Shown one piece after another: positions 39,106-50,381 of a stretch of 64,000 nucleotides of DNA. A program made the translations under genes and the position numbers. The stretch lies in NCBI GenBank assembly GCA_050015075.1, contig JBEKCB010000009.1, positions 1 through 64,000 on the forward strand, read 5' to 3'. Position 1 is the stretch's first letter; every line of letters starts with the position of its first letter. The notes below the pieces were generated by a model. That model saw only the letters and a program-made list of their open reading frames with translations, was not told where the DNA came from and did no database searches. Source of the DNA: Candidatus Brocadiia bacterium (lineage in GTDB: Bacteria > Planctomycetota > Brocadiia > CAIUPP01).

Positions 39106-39200
39106 CGAGCGCCGCTTTCCGCCGCGATTCGGTCAGAGATTGAACTGGTCTAACGTCGGCAGAGCATTGTAGCAAAGGCGACTGACACTGTATAAACTAC

Positions 39201-40628
<1,428 letters not shown>

Positions 40629-40662
40629 CGAAGCTGCTCAATCGCCGTTAATCATTCGGGAA

Positions 40663-40703
40663 TCCGCCTTCGCCCTTCGACTGCGCTCAGGCCTACGGCG
40701 GAC
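40663..40703. repeat. Nested short REP-like palindrome between convergent genes
   Basis: TCCGCC TTCG CCCTTCGACTGCGCTCAGG CCTAC GGCGGA. Confidence 0.6.
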
Positions 40704-40719
40704 AAGTCGGCAGGCCTGT

Positions 40720-41541
40720 TCATTCTTCCAAGTCTTTAGCCAGGCTCTTGAGCGCGGCGCGGTGAATCTGGCAGACGCGCGAATCGGTCACGTGCAGGAT
40801 CGCCCCGATCTCGCGCAGCGCCAGCCGCTCGAAGTAATAGAGGGTGATGACCAGCCGCTGGGTCTTCGTCAGGCGGAGGATGGCCTCGGCGAGACGCGAC
40901 TTTTCCTCTTCGAGCGATGCGTGGTCCAGCGGCTGCAGGGCCGGGTCGCGCTGCTCGTGCTGCGCCAGGGCGCACTCACCGTCGGGCGCGGCGGAGAGCG
41001 GCATCTCGTCGAGCGAGTAGAACACGTGCGCGCCGGCGCCTTTCAGGTCGGCGAGGTCCTGCGCGGCGAGTCCCGTCCGGTTGCAGACTTCCGCGGAGGT
41101 GGGCGAGCGGTGGACTTCCTGTTCGAGTTGCGCGCTGGCCCGCGCGACGCGCCCGAGTTCCGAGCGCACCGACCGCGGCAGCCAGTCGTCGGAGCGCAGC
41201 GCGTCGAGCATGGCCCCGCGAATGCGAGTCACGGCGTAAGTGTGAAAGCGCACGTTCCGCGCCGGGTCGAAACGGTCGGCGGCGTCAATCAGCCCGACTG
41301 CGCCCGCCTCGAGCAGGTCGCCGCGGTCCACGTGCGGCGGCAGGTGCGCGGCCACGCGGCCGAGCACGTACTTCACCAGCGGCAGATGACCGAGGATCAG
41401 TTTCTCCCGCGCTTTAGCCGAGGAGCGCGCGACTTTGCGCATGCGTCCTGAGTTCGCGTGTCCGTTTTCTGAGGGTTGCCGGCAGGTTCGCGCGCGGCGA
41501 ACCATGGGCTCGGCGATCTGAGCCGACGCGTGGCTGGCCAT
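40720..41541 (-). CDS. FliA/WhiG-family RNA polymerase sigma-28 factor
   Basis: HLPLVKYV, DLLEAG..GLIDA..RFDP, YAVTRIRGAMLD.LR..DW.PRS, LYYFE.L.LREIG.IL.VTDSRVCQIH. Confidence 0.9.
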   Translation of the reverse strand: MASHASAQIAEPMVRRARTCRQPSENGHANSGRMRKVARSSAKAREKLILGHLPLVKYVLGRVAAHLPPHVDRGDLLEAGAVGLIDAADRFDPARNVRFHTYAVTRIRGAMLDALRSDDWLPRSVRSELGRVARASAQLEQEVHRSPTSAEVCNRTGLAAQDLADLKGAGAHVFYSLDEMPLSAAPDGECALAQHEQRDPALQPLDHASLEEEKSRLAEAILRLTKTQRLVITLYYFERLALREIGAILHVTDSRVCQIHRAALKSLAKDLEE

Positions 41542-41638
41542 CTGGATTTCCCTTCCCTGCGTAACGGTCGGACGCCGCTTGCAGCGCTCCATCCGTGGGG
41601 CGCCGCCGCCGGCTGCACTTCGATTACCAGCGGAAAAG

Positions 41639-41654
41639 AGCAAAATCTGTGCCG
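41639..41654 (-). promoter_or_regulatory. sigma54 promoter for the sigma-28 gene
   Basis: Minus strand CGGCACAGATTTTGCT, near-consensus -24/-12. Confidence 0.72.
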
Positions 41655-42148
41655 AGGAGCTACACTCGGCTTTAACTGGAAGGATATTCGAGCGTCGCAG
41701 CGATGCCGCTGAGGCGCCGGATTACGCGATTTTCCGGAAGCCGAATGCGAACATCGGGATGTCGCAACTCCTTGCTTAATAGCCGGCTACGACATGCGAA
41801 GTGAAATCATCGGCGGCAACCCTCCGCCGCGCGCCCGGCGCGCCGATTTGCGTTCAGCGCAAATCCGAAACGAACCATTGTGCGACGACGGCCCGGACAA
41901 GCCCTGTCCGATAATGCACGTTTTGCGGTATTTTTGAACATGTCCGCCGCCTGGCTCTGGAGGCGCGGCAGGTTCATGTGGAACGCACGATTATGGAGCC
42001 GACGCCATAATAAAAGCGCGCAAAGCGCAAAATGCGTCGGGCTTGTCGAAGGCCGTTCGCACTTTTCATTTTGCATTTTCCGCTACTGACCGATAGAATC
42101 CGCGAGTCGTTCCGGCGGTTCCTTCCGCGCCGGCTGTCGAGGGAGCGC

Positions 42149-44269
42149 GTGTTACACATCCTTTACTTCCATCTGCCGATCGGCGGGCTAAGCTGCCTCA
42201 GCCGGGCGTTTGTGCTCGGGATCATCTTGAGCAGCCAGGCGCTGCTGGCGCGGCGCAAGCGCGTCGGTTTCGAGCAGCACCTGATCCTCTTCAGCACGTT
42301 CAGCTTCCTCATGGCCGCTGAAATCTTCGGCATCTCTCTGTCGCTCCTGGATTCCGGTCCGGAGATCGGCCTGCCGGCGGCGATGTGGGTCTGGTATCCG
42401 GTGCTGTCATCGGTCGGGCTGCTCGGCCTGGCGTTCTGCTTCGACTTCATGCGCCTGACCGGCGGCGAGCCGGACCGCGGCGCTCCGCGCCGGTCGCTCC
42501 GGTCGCACAGCCTGCGGTTCCTCGTCGCGGCCGGGATTCTCTTTGCGCTGGGCGCGCTGCTGATGCAGGCGTCATTCGGCCACGACGAATTCCCGACCTC
42601 GCGCCACCAGATGGGCTCCGTCTCGTACCTGCTCCACGGGATCCAGGCCGCGGCGATGGCGCTGCTGGTCTGGAAGGCGCTGATCACGCGGCGCGTCTGG
42701 CTCTCGCGCACGGAGACGCGCATCTTCGTCCTCGCCGCCCTCCTCGGAGTGATCGGCGCGCTCGTCCAGATCCTCGACGGCCCGCAGGAATTCCTGACCA
42801 CGTTCGCCTTCACGCTCTTCGTCGGGGTGCTCCTGCGCGACAACTATCGCCGCAGCGAGCTGGACGCGGTCCGCGCCTCGACCGAGCGCACCGCGCACAT
42901 GCTGCTCTTCCATCGCATCACCACGCAGCTCAAATCCACCTCGGACCTGCCGCGGCTTTACGAGATCACGCTGAACAGCCTGCTCGACCGCCTGCACGCC
43001 GAGTCCGGCGCGATCTACGTCGGCGCGGATGCCGAGTCGGAACTGCTGCCGGCGCGCGTGCAGGGGCCTTATCCGCCGCCGCTGCCGCTCGGCGATCTCG
43101 CCTCGAGCGACGCGGTCGAAATCCGCACGCTGATCTCCAGCGCGCACGTTCCGCCGGGCGCCGGCATCATCGGCCGGGTCGCAGCGACCGGCGTGCCGCT
43201 CTACATCGCTTCGGCCGAGGACGCCGCCGCGCATTACACCTGGCCGACCGGCGCGGTCCATGTGCGCACGGCCATCACTCTGCCGCTGCGCGGACCGGCC
43301 GGCGCCTTCGGCGCAATCCAGGTCGTCAACCGCCGCGACGGGGCCGCGTTCAGCGAATCGGACCTGCACTTCGCCAGCCTCATCGCCGAGCAGGCCGGCC
43401 TGGCCATCTACGACGCGCGCCTCCACGCGGAGATGGTCCAGCGCCAGCGCGCCGAGGAGCAGCTCCGCGTCGCGCGCGAGATCCAACTGCGCATGATCCC
43501 CTCCGAGCCGCCGCACATCGAGGGACTCTCGCTCGGCGCGGAGTACATGCCCGCCGAAGAAGTCGGCGGCGACTACTTCGATTTCTACCGCATTGACCAC
43601 GACCACCTCGGCGTCGTCATCTTCGACGTCGCCGGCCGCGGCGTGCCGGCCGCGCTGCTCATGGCGATCACCAGCACGTTCTTCAAGATGGCCGCGCCGC
43701 GCTCGAACTCGCCGGCGTGGGTCCTCAACGAAGTCAACGCCGCGCTCACCGCCGAGCTGCGCCACGGACTTTACGTCACCGCGCTCTACGGCGTCCTCCG
43801 GCTCAGCACGCTCCAATTCACCTTCGTCTGCGCCGGCCACACCGACGCCATCGTGATGCAGGAAGGCAAGCTCGAGTGCGACCGCCACCGGCCGCGAGGC
43901 GCGGCGCTCGGCCTCCTGCGGCCGAACCGCTTTCGCGCCGTGATGGAGCAGGAGACGATCCAGCTCCGCGAGGGCGACACGCTCCTGCTCTACACCGACG
44001 GGGTCGTCGAGGCGATGAACGACGAAGGCGAGCAGTTCGGCGAGGACCGCCTTTGCGAGGTCGCGCGCGCGCACACCGCCGACGGCGCGCGCAAGCTCGC
44101 GGCCGGGATTAAAGACGCCGTCCGCCAGTACTCCGGCCCGCACCGTCAGGACGACGACATCACCGTCCTCACGCTCCAGATCGCGCCGGAGCCGGAGACG
44201 CCGGCGCGCGAACCGCAGCCGGAACCGCCCGCGCCGGAGGCGGAATCACCCAGTGCGGAGGCGCCATGA
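42149..44269 (+). CDS. Membrane-bound GAF + SpoIIE/PP2C phosphatase (RsbU-like)
   Basis: Multi-TM N-terminus, GAF domain (GIIGRVA..QVVNR..F), AREIQ, VGGDYFDF, DVAGRG, YTDGVVEA, DDIT; GTG start inferred. Confidence 0.88.
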   Translation: MLHILYFHLPIGGLSCLSRAFVLGIILSSQALLARRKRVGFEQHLILFSTFSFLMAAEIFGISLSLLDSGPEIGLPAAMWVWYPVLSSVGLLGLAFCFDFMRLTGGEPDRGAPRRSLRSHSLRFLVAAGILFALGALLMQASFGHDEFPTSRHQMGSVSYLLHGIQAAAMALLVWKALITRRVWLSRTETRIFVLAALLGVIGALVQILDGPQEFLTTFAFTLFVGVLLRDNYRRSELDAVRASTERTAHMLLFHRITTQLKSTSDLPRLYEITLNSLLDRLHAESGAIYVGADAESELLPARVQGPYPPPLPLGDLASSDAVEIRTLISSAHVPPGAGIIGRVAATGVPLYIASAEDAAAHYTWPTGAVHVRTAITLPLRGPAGAFGAIQVVNRRDGAAFSESDLHFASLIAEQAGLAIYDARLHAEMVQRQRAEEQLRVAREIQLRMIPSEPPHIEGLSLGAEYMPAEEVGGDYFDFYRIDHDHLGVVIFDVAGRGVPAALLMAITSTFFKMAAPRSNSPAWVLNEVNAALTAELRHGLYVTALYGVLRLSTLQFTFVCAGHTDAIVMQEGKLECDRHRPRGAALGLLRPNRFRAVMEQETIQLREGDTLLLYTDGVVEAMNDEGEQFGEDRLCEVARAHTADGARKLAAGIKDAVRQYSGPHRQDDDITVLTLQIAPEPETPAREPQPEPPAPEAESPSAEAP

Positions 44270-44289
44270 CACCATCGGGCCGCACCCAA

Positions 44290-44390
44290 TCGTCCTCGTC
44301 CTCGTCGTCGTCCTCGTCCTCGAACTGACGTTTAGAACGACCGAGGACGAGGACGACGACGAGGACGGTTACGAGGACGGCGATTACGAT
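44290..44390. repeat. GTCCTC/GAGGAC palindromic element, copy 4
   Basis: Core CGAACTGACGTTTAGAACGACCGA. Confidence 0.85.
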
Positions 44391-44428
44391 CCTCACCAAA
44401 TCATATTTGAGGTTTTGAGACCGCTTCC

Positions 44429-46312
44429 ATGAATGACTCGCCTCCACCCGCCGCCGGCCGCATCCGCCGCCTCGGGCCCGAACTGGTCAACCAGATCGCC
44501 GCCGGCGAGGTCGTCGAGCGCCCGGCTTCCGTCATCAAGGAACTCGTCGAGAACTCGATTGACGCGGGCGCATCGCGCATCGAGGTCGCGCTCGAGGACG
44601 GCGGCAAGAAACTGGTGCGCGTCTCCGACGACGGCATCGGCATGTCGGCGACGGACCTCTCGCTGCTCTTCGAGAGCCATGCCACGAGCAAGATCGGCGG
44701 CGTGGACGACCTGGCCCGCATCCGCACGCTCGGGTTCCGCGGCGAGGCGCTCGCGAGCATCGCCGCGGTCAGCCGGTGCCGCGCCGTCTCGCGCGAGCGC
44801 GGCTCGGCCGAAGCCTCCGTCGTCCAGTGCGAAGCCGGACGCGCCGGCGAAGTCCGCTCCTGCGGCGCGCCCGAAGGCACGCTCGTCGAGGTGCGCGACC
44901 TGTTCTTCAACACGCCCGCGCGATTCAAGTTCCTGCGCTCGACCGCGACGGAGCTGCGGCACATCGTCGAGATGATGACGCGCCTGGCGCTCCCGCATCC
45001 GGCGCTGGCGCTCGCGCTCGTCCACAACGGCAAGCCGGTCCTCAAATTGCCGGGCTGCGCGCCGCCGGGCGCGGCCGGCCAAGCCCAGGCGCCGCAGATC
45101 CTCGCGGAGCGGCTCGAGTCGCTCTACGGCGCGGAATTCGTCCGCCGGCTGCTGCCGGTGCGGTCGGAGACGTCGGCGATGCTCCTGAGCGGCTTCGTCT
45201 CGCCGCCCGGCGAGGGCGAGGCTTCCGCGCTCCAGCATTTCTTCCTGAACGGCCGGGCGATCCGCGACCGGGCGCTGCAGCGCGCCGTCGCTGAAGCGTA
45301 TCGCGCGCGGCTGGCGCATGGCCGCTTCCCGGCGGTTTTCCTCAGCCTGGAGATTGACCCGGGCCGCGTGGACGTCAACGTCCATCCCACGAAAATCGAG
45401 GTGCGGTTCCGCGATTCCGGCGCGGTCTTCGCGCAAGTGCTCACGGCGCTGGAGAAGGCGCTCCGCGCGGCGGCGCCGACTTCGGCCGAGCCCTCAAAAC
45501 CGCCCGCCTCCGCCGCCGAGCGGCGCGAGAACGTCCGGCAGGCCGTGACGGAATTCTTCGACCGCTCGTCCGGCCGCCGCGATTTTCCGCCGCCGGGGAC
45601 CGGCGCGCGGACTGCCGCTTCGCGGGAGCCGGCGCCGCCCGCTCAGCCTCCGCAAAACGCGCCGCCGTTCGAACCGCCTCCGGCCGCGCCGCAGGCTGCG
45701 CCTCATCCTTCGCCCGTCGCCGCTCAACCTCCCGCGCCGGCGCCGCCCAGGAACTTCATCCAGATCCACGACCGCTACCTCGTCGAGGAAACGCCCGGCG
45801 GGTTCCTCGTCGCCGACCAGCACGCGCTGCACGAGCGCATCCTGTACGAGGAACTCAAGCAGCGCGTCAGCCACGCCGCCGTCCCGCGCCAGCGGCTGCT
45901 CATCCCCGAGATCGTGGACCTGCGCCCGGCGGATTTCCTGCGGGTGATGGAGATGCGCGAGACGCTGCTGAAAATGGGCGTGGAGGTCGAGCCGTTCGGA
46001 GAGAAGACCGTCGCCGTCCACGCCGTGCCGCACCTGGCCACGGGCGCGAACCCGCGCGAGCTGCTGCTGGAGATCCTGCGCGAGACCGCCGAGGAATCCG
46101 AAGGCGGCGCCGTGGACCGGCAGGAGCGGCTCCTGCGCGTGATCGCGTGCAAGGCCGCCGTCAAGGCCGGCGATCGCCTCTCCAGGACACAGGTCGAGGC
46201 CCTGCTCGACCGGCGAGACCAGATCGGCCCCGAGACCATCTGTCCGCACGGCCGCCCCACCACGCTCCGTTTCGACCTCCGCGACATCGAGCGGCAGTTC
46301 CTTCGGAAATAG
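44429..46312 (+). CDS. mutL: DNA mismatch repair protein MutL
   Basis: IAAGEVVERPASVIKELVEN, GFRGEAL, DVNVHPTK, DQHALHERILYE, ACK, CPHGRP. Confidence 0.96.
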   Translation: MNDSPPPAAGRIRRLGPELVNQIAAGEVVERPASVIKELVENSIDAGASRIEVALEDGGKKLVRVSDDGIGMSATDLSLLFESHATSKIGGVDDLARIRTLGFRGEALASIAAVSRCRAVSRERGSAEASVVQCEAGRAGEVRSCGAPEGTLVEVRDLFFNTPARFKFLRSTATELRHIVEMMTRLALPHPALALALVHNGKPVLKLPGCAPPGAAGQAQAPQILAERLESLYGAEFVRRLLPVRSETSAMLLSGFVSPPGEGEASALQHFFLNGRAIRDRALQRAVAEAYRARLAHGRFPAVFLSLEIDPGRVDVNVHPTKIEVRFRDSGAVFAQVLTALEKALRAAAPTSAEPSKPPASAAERRENVRQAVTEFFDRSSGRRDFPPPGTGARTAASREPAPPAQPPQNAPPFEPPPAAPQAAPHPSPVAAQPPAPAPPRNFIQIHDRYLVEETPGGFLVADQHALHERILYEELKQRVSHAAVPRQRLLIPEIVDLRPADFLRVMEMRETLLKMGVEVEPFGEKTVAVHAVPHLATGANPRELLLEILRETAEESEGGAVDRQERLLRVIACKAAVKAGDRLSRTQVEALLDRRDQIGPETICPHGRPTTLRFDLRDIERQFLRK

Positions 46313-46423
46313 GTTGCCGGGTTCATGTCATTCTCGGGAGCTTGACCTTATTTATTTAGAAATGATACCTTGGACTGCTGTGGGGACATCGAACCGCCGG
46401 TCATTTGGGGACAGGAGACTGTC

Positions 46424-47107
46424 ATGAAAAATTCCAGGGCATGGATGGCGGTGGCACTCTGCGGGCTCCTGGGCGCGCTGACGGCGTGCTCCTCGGGTTC
46501 GAGCTACGTGAAGCCCGGTTACAACTTCAACTCCGTCGGCAGAGTCGCGGTGATCGTCTCGATGAGCGTCGGCTACCCGCCGCAGCGGCAGGAGATCGCC
46601 GACCTGTTCGCCATGCACATCCTTCAGAAAGGCTACGACGTGATTGACCGCGCCAACGTGCCGGACCTGGCGCAGGAGGTCGCGTTCCAGAATACCTCCG
46701 GCATCACCAGCCCGGATGGGCGCGAGAAGCTCGCCATCCACAACGTCTCCACCGTGGTCGTCGTCAACATGGCCATGCAAAACGAAGAGGATTTTTCCAT
46801 GACGGCCAAGATGCTGGACGTGCAGACCGGCACGCTGCTCTGGGCCGGCGAGGGGACCGGTGCCCTGAAGAGCGGGCTGGCCACTTTCGGCGGCGCGGTG
46901 CTGGGCGCAGGCGCCGGCGCGGCTATCGGCTCCATCGGAAACACGACCGGGGCGATCGTCGGCGGCGTGGCCGGCGCTCTGGGCGGAGGCGTGGTGGGCG
47001 CGGCCCTGGAGCCGGGCCAGGCACAACTGCTGCGCTCCGTGATCGAGAAAACGTGCAGGGACCTTCCCGCGCGGATGCCGGCGGGCGCGGTTCCGAGCCC
47101 GCACTGA
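46424..47107 (+). CDS. Lipoprotein with CsgG-like fold and glycine zipper
   Basis: Lipobox LTAC; DVIDR..L..E; AKMLDVQTG.LLW; GAVLGAGAGAAIG..GAIVGGVAGALGG. Confidence 0.7.
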   Translation: MKNSRAWMAVALCGLLGALTACSSGSSYVKPGYNFNSVGRVAVIVSMSVGYPPQRQEIADLFAMHILQKGYDVIDRANVPDLAQEVAFQNTSGITSPDGREKLAIHNVSTVVVVNMAMQNEEDFSMTAKMLDVQTGTLLWAGEGTGALKSGLATFGGAVLGAGAGAAIGSIGNTTGAIVGGVAGALGGGVVGAALEPGQAQLLRSVIEKTCRDLPARMPAGAVPSPH

Positions 47108-47162
47108 CGTCCCAATCGTCCTTTTCCTTCGCATCATGGGGCCATCTCCTCGCGGAAATCCG

Positions 47163-47191
47163 TTGACTTCACTTGCCGCGCTTGCTATACT
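47163..47191 (+). promoter_or_regulatory. sigma70 promoter for the pheA-tpiA operon
   Basis: TTGACT-N17-TATACT with extended TG. Confidence 0.7.
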
Positions 47192-47341
47192 TCTGGATTC
47201 AGGGCCGCGGGAGCGCGATGAATTCCAACGGACAAGTCCCGCAGCCTCAGGGAGTTACAGGCCATCGGCCGCCGCGTTCGATCGGCGGCGCCTGCGACAG
47301 GGAAGATATTGTCCTCGTCCGGTTCATTGATCAGCGGGCCA

Positions 47342-48448
47342 ATGAAGATCGAGCAACTTCGGACTCGGATTGACGAGATAGACCGGCGCATCATCGGCCT
47401 GCTGAACCGGCGCGCGCAGATGGCGATGCAGGTCGGCGAGATCAAGCACCGCGAGGGCGCGCCGATCTTCGCGCCCGAGCGCGAGGAACAGGTGCTGCGC
47501 CGCGCCGAGGCCTACACCGCCGAGCACGGCGTGATCGAGCCGGAGACGATGCGCGCGATCTACTCCGAGATCATCTCCGCGTGCCGTTCGGCCGAGCGGC
47601 GGCTCAGCGTGGCGTTCCTCGGGCCGCGCGGCTCGTTCAGCCACCACGCGGCCCGGTCGGCGCACTGGGCGACCGTCGGCGGCAGCGCGGTGAAACGGCG
47701 GTTCGGCTCGTCGGTGGACCTGCTGCCGGTGAACGGGATCGAGGCGGTCTTCGCCGAGGTCGCCACCGCCCGCGCCGATTACGGCGTGGTGCCGATCGAG
47801 AACACTTCCGAGGGCGGCATCGGCGCGACGCTGGACATGTTCATGGAGTCGGACCTCAAAGTCAGCGGCGAGATCCTGGTGCGGGTCCATCACGCCCTGC
47901 TGGCGCGATGCGCGCCGCGCGCGATCCGCAGGATTTACAGCAAGGCCGAGGTCCTCGGACAATGCAAGCGATGGCTGGCGAGCCATTATTCGGACGCGAC
48001 GCTGACCGAGGTCGCCTCGACCTCGCACGCGGCCGAGTTGGCCTCGCGCACGCGCGACGCGGCGGCGGTGGCGCACGAAGAGGCCGCGGCGATCTACGGG
48101 CTCAACGTCCTTCACCGCGGCATCGAGGACAACCCGTCGAACATGACGCGCTTCTACATCATCGCGCAGCGCGGCGCCGCGCCGAGCGGCCGCGACAAGA
48201 CGAGCATTCTCTGCTTCATCAAGGACCAGGCCGGCGCGCTGCACCGCATCCTGTTCCCGTTCTGGCGCGCGCACGTCAACCTGACGAAGATCGAGTCGTG
48301 GCCGTCGAAGCGCAAGGCCTGGGACTATTGCTTCTTCATTGATTTCGAGGGGCACCGCGACGATCCGAAGATCGCAGGCCTGCTCGACCGCGTGCACGCG
48401 CAGTGCAGCGAGATGAAGATCCTCGGCTCCTTCCCGGCCGCGCGGTGA
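47342..48448 (+). CDS. pheA: Chorismate mutase / prephenate dehydratase (P-protein)
   Basis: LRTRIDEID..LLNRRA, FLGPRGSFS, PIENTSEG, NMTRF, NLTKIESWP. Confidence 0.93.
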   Translation: MKIEQLRTRIDEIDRRIIGLLNRRAQMAMQVGEIKHREGAPIFAPEREEQVLRRAEAYTAEHGVIEPETMRAIYSEIISACRSAERRLSVAFLGPRGSFSHHAARSAHWATVGGSAVKRRFGSSVDLLPVNGIEAVFAEVATARADYGVVPIENTSEGGIGATLDMFMESDLKVSGEILVRVHHALLARCAPRAIRRIYSKAEVLGQCKRWLASHYSDATLTEVASTSHAAELASRTRDAAAVAHEEAAAIYGLNVLHRGIEDNPSNMTRFYIIAQRGAAPSGRDKTSILCFIKDQAGALHRILFPFWRAHVNLTKIESWPSKRKAWDYCFFIDFEGHRDDPKIAGLLDRVHAQCSEMKILGSFPAAR

Positions 48449-48478
48449 AACATACGGATACGGAAACTGACAACTTGG

Positions 48479-48568
48479 AACCACAGATAACACAGATGAA
48501 CACAGATACGAAGAATCAGGCAGTCCGTTTCCGTCGTCATCTGTGTTCATCTGTGTCCATCTGTGGTT
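48479..48568. repeat. 9-mer-armed palindrome (ACACAGATG units)
   Basis: aaccacagataacacagatgaacacagat ... atctgtgttcatctgtgtccatctgtggtt. Confidence 0.8.
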
Positions 48569-48605
48569 TAAAAACCAACTCTTCGTTTACTGAGGCCAGC
48601 GCATC

Positions 48606-49364
48606 GTGAGAAAATCGTTCGTCGCCGGGAACTGGAAGATGAACACGAACGGCCAGGAAGCCGTTCAGCTCGGGATGGCGGTGGCGGCCGGCGCGCACGA
48701 CGTGCGCGCGGACCTGGCGGTGTGCCCGCCGTTCGTCTATCTGTGCGCGGTGGCCGCCGCGCTCAAGGGCAGCCGCGTGGCGCTCGGCGCGCAGAACATG
48801 TACTCCGAGCCGAAAGGCGCCTACACCGGCGAGATCAGCGCCGCGATGCTCAAGGACGCCGGCTGCCGCTGTGTGATCCTCGGCCACTCCGAGCGGCGCC
48901 ACATTCTCGGCGAGAAGGACGACCTCATCCGCGCCAAGGTCCGCGCGGCGCTCGCGGCGCAGCTCGAGCCGATCCTCTGCGTCGGCGAGACGCTCGAAGA
49001 GCGCGACGCCAACCGCACGCTCACCGTGATCGAGCGCCAGGTGCGCGAGGGGCTTTCCGGCACCCCCGCCGAGCAGGCGCGCCGGGTGACGCTCGCCTAC
49101 GAGCCGGTCTGGGCCATCGGCACCGGCCGCAGCGCCGCGCCCGAACAGGCGCAGGAAGTCCACGCCGCGATCCGCAAATTGCTCGCGGCGCTCTTCGGCG
49201 CCGATACGGCCGAGGCGATCCGCATCCAGTACGGCGGCTCCGTCAAGCCGGAAAACGCGCGCGCCATCCTCAGCCAGCCGGACGTGGACGGCGCGCTCGT
49301 CGGCGGCGCATGCCTCAACGCCGATTCATTCCTGCAGATCGCGCGCGCGGCCAAACAGGTCTGA
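48606..49364 (+). CDS. tpiA: Triosephosphate isomerase
   Basis: AGNWKMN, GHSERR, AYEPVWAIGTG, YGGSV, LVGG. Confidence 0.97.
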   Translation: MRKSFVAGNWKMNTNGQEAVQLGMAVAAGAHDVRADLAVCPPFVYLCAVAAALKGSRVALGAQNMYSEPKGAYTGEISAAMLKDAGCRCVILGHSERRHILGEKDDLIRAKVRAALAAQLEPILCVGETLEERDANRTLTVIERQVREGLSGTPAEQARRVTLAYEPVWAIGTGRSAAPEQAQEVHAAIRKLLAALFGADTAEAIRIQYGGSVKPENARAILSQPDVDGALVGGACLNADSFLQIARAAKQV

Positions 49365-49451
49365 TTGCGGCCGCGCCGGGAATCGGATTTTTGGGCCGGG
49401 CTGCGGACCGACGCGGGCGCGGCTCGGGAACTTCATTAAGGGAGACGACTC

Positions 49452-49796
49452 GTGGGCATCTACCGCGGGATAGTGCTGGTGTTGCTGGTGATTGATACGG
49501 TTGCGCTCTGCGGGCTGATCCTGATCCAGCGCGGCAAAGGCGGCGGGCTCGCCGGCGCGTTCGGCGGCGGCGGCGTGGAACAGGCCTTCGGAACCCGCGC
49601 GACGACCCTCGCCCAGAAAGCCACCGCCGTGCTCGGCGGAATCTACCTGCTCCTCTCCATCGTGCTCGGCCTCAGCCTCGGGATGGGCCGCGCAGGCGCC
49701 ATCGCGCCGACGCCGAGCCCCGAAATGCCCGTGAACACCATGCCGGAGAAGGCGCCGCTTCCCGCCGCGCCCTCGAATCCCGGGAATGCCAAATAA
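49452..49796 (+). CDS. secG: Preprotein translocase subunit SecG
   Basis: ILIQRGKGGGLAGAFGG, two TM segments; follows tpiA. Confidence 0.9.
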   Translation: MGIYRGIVLVLLVIDTVALCGLILIQRGKGGGLAGAFGGGGVEQAFGTRATTLAQKATAVLGGIYLLLSIVLGLSLGMGRAGAIAPTPSPEMPVNTMPEKAPLPAAPSNPGNAK

Positions 49797-50380
49797 TGGA
49801 CCATAACCAGGTCGAAGCCGCGTTCAAGAAGTGCGGCGCCTTTCTGCGGGGCCACTTTCAACTGACCTCCGGGCTGCACAGCCCGGGCTATCTCCAGTGC
49901 GCGCTGGTCTGCCAGGACCCGGTCCTGTGCGCCCGGCTGTGCGAAGAGCTGGCCAAGCCGTTCCGCGGCATCCGCGTGGACGCGGTGATCGGCCCGGCGA
50001 TGGGCGGCATCGTGCTGGCGTACGAGCTGGCGCGCGCGCTCGGTGCTCGCGGCTTGTTCACGGAGCGCGGCGAGGACGGGCGGATGACGCTGCGGCGCGG
50101 CTTCGCGCTCAACAGCGGCGAGAAGGTCGTCATCGCCGAGGACGTGATGACCACCGGCGGCTCCGCGGCGGAGTTGATCGAGATCGCCAACGCGGCCGGC
50201 GCGGAAGTCGTCGGCGTCGCGGCGCTCGTGGACCGCGGCGGCGCGAAACGGTTCGAAGGCCGGCGCGTCGCCTTCGCGCTCCAGGTCGAGCTGCCGACGT
50301 ACAAGCCCGAAGAATGTCCGCTGTGCAAGGAGGGCGTCGCCCTCGTGAAACCCGGCAGCCGGAAACGCCCAGGAGCTTGA
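49796..50380 (+). CDS. pyrE: Orotate phosphoribosyltransferase
   Basis: GHFQLTSGLHS..Y, GPAMGG, LRRGF, EDVMTTGGS, VKPGS. Confidence 0.93.
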   Translation: MDHNQVEAAFKKCGAFLRGHFQLTSGLHSPGYLQCALVCQDPVLCARLCEELAKPFRGIRVDAVIGPAMGGIVLAYELARALGARGLFTERGEDGRMTLRRGFALNSGEKVVIAEDVMTTGGSAAELIEIANAAGAEVVGVAALVDRGGAKRFEGRRVAFALQVELPTYKPEECPLCKEGVALVKPGSRKRPGA

Positions 50381-50381
50381 C

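Noticed and set aside
41542-41643. Longer start for the sigma-28 ORF
   Set aside because: It overlaps the sigma54 promoter; ATG 41541 has a purine-rich RBS
41660-42140. Riboswitch or ncRNA in the long intergenic region
   Set aside because: No recognisable aptamer motifs by eye; an Rfam cmscan would be needed
47173-47373. Attenuator leader peptide for pheA
   Set aside because: Not Phe-rich and no terminator/antiterminator visible
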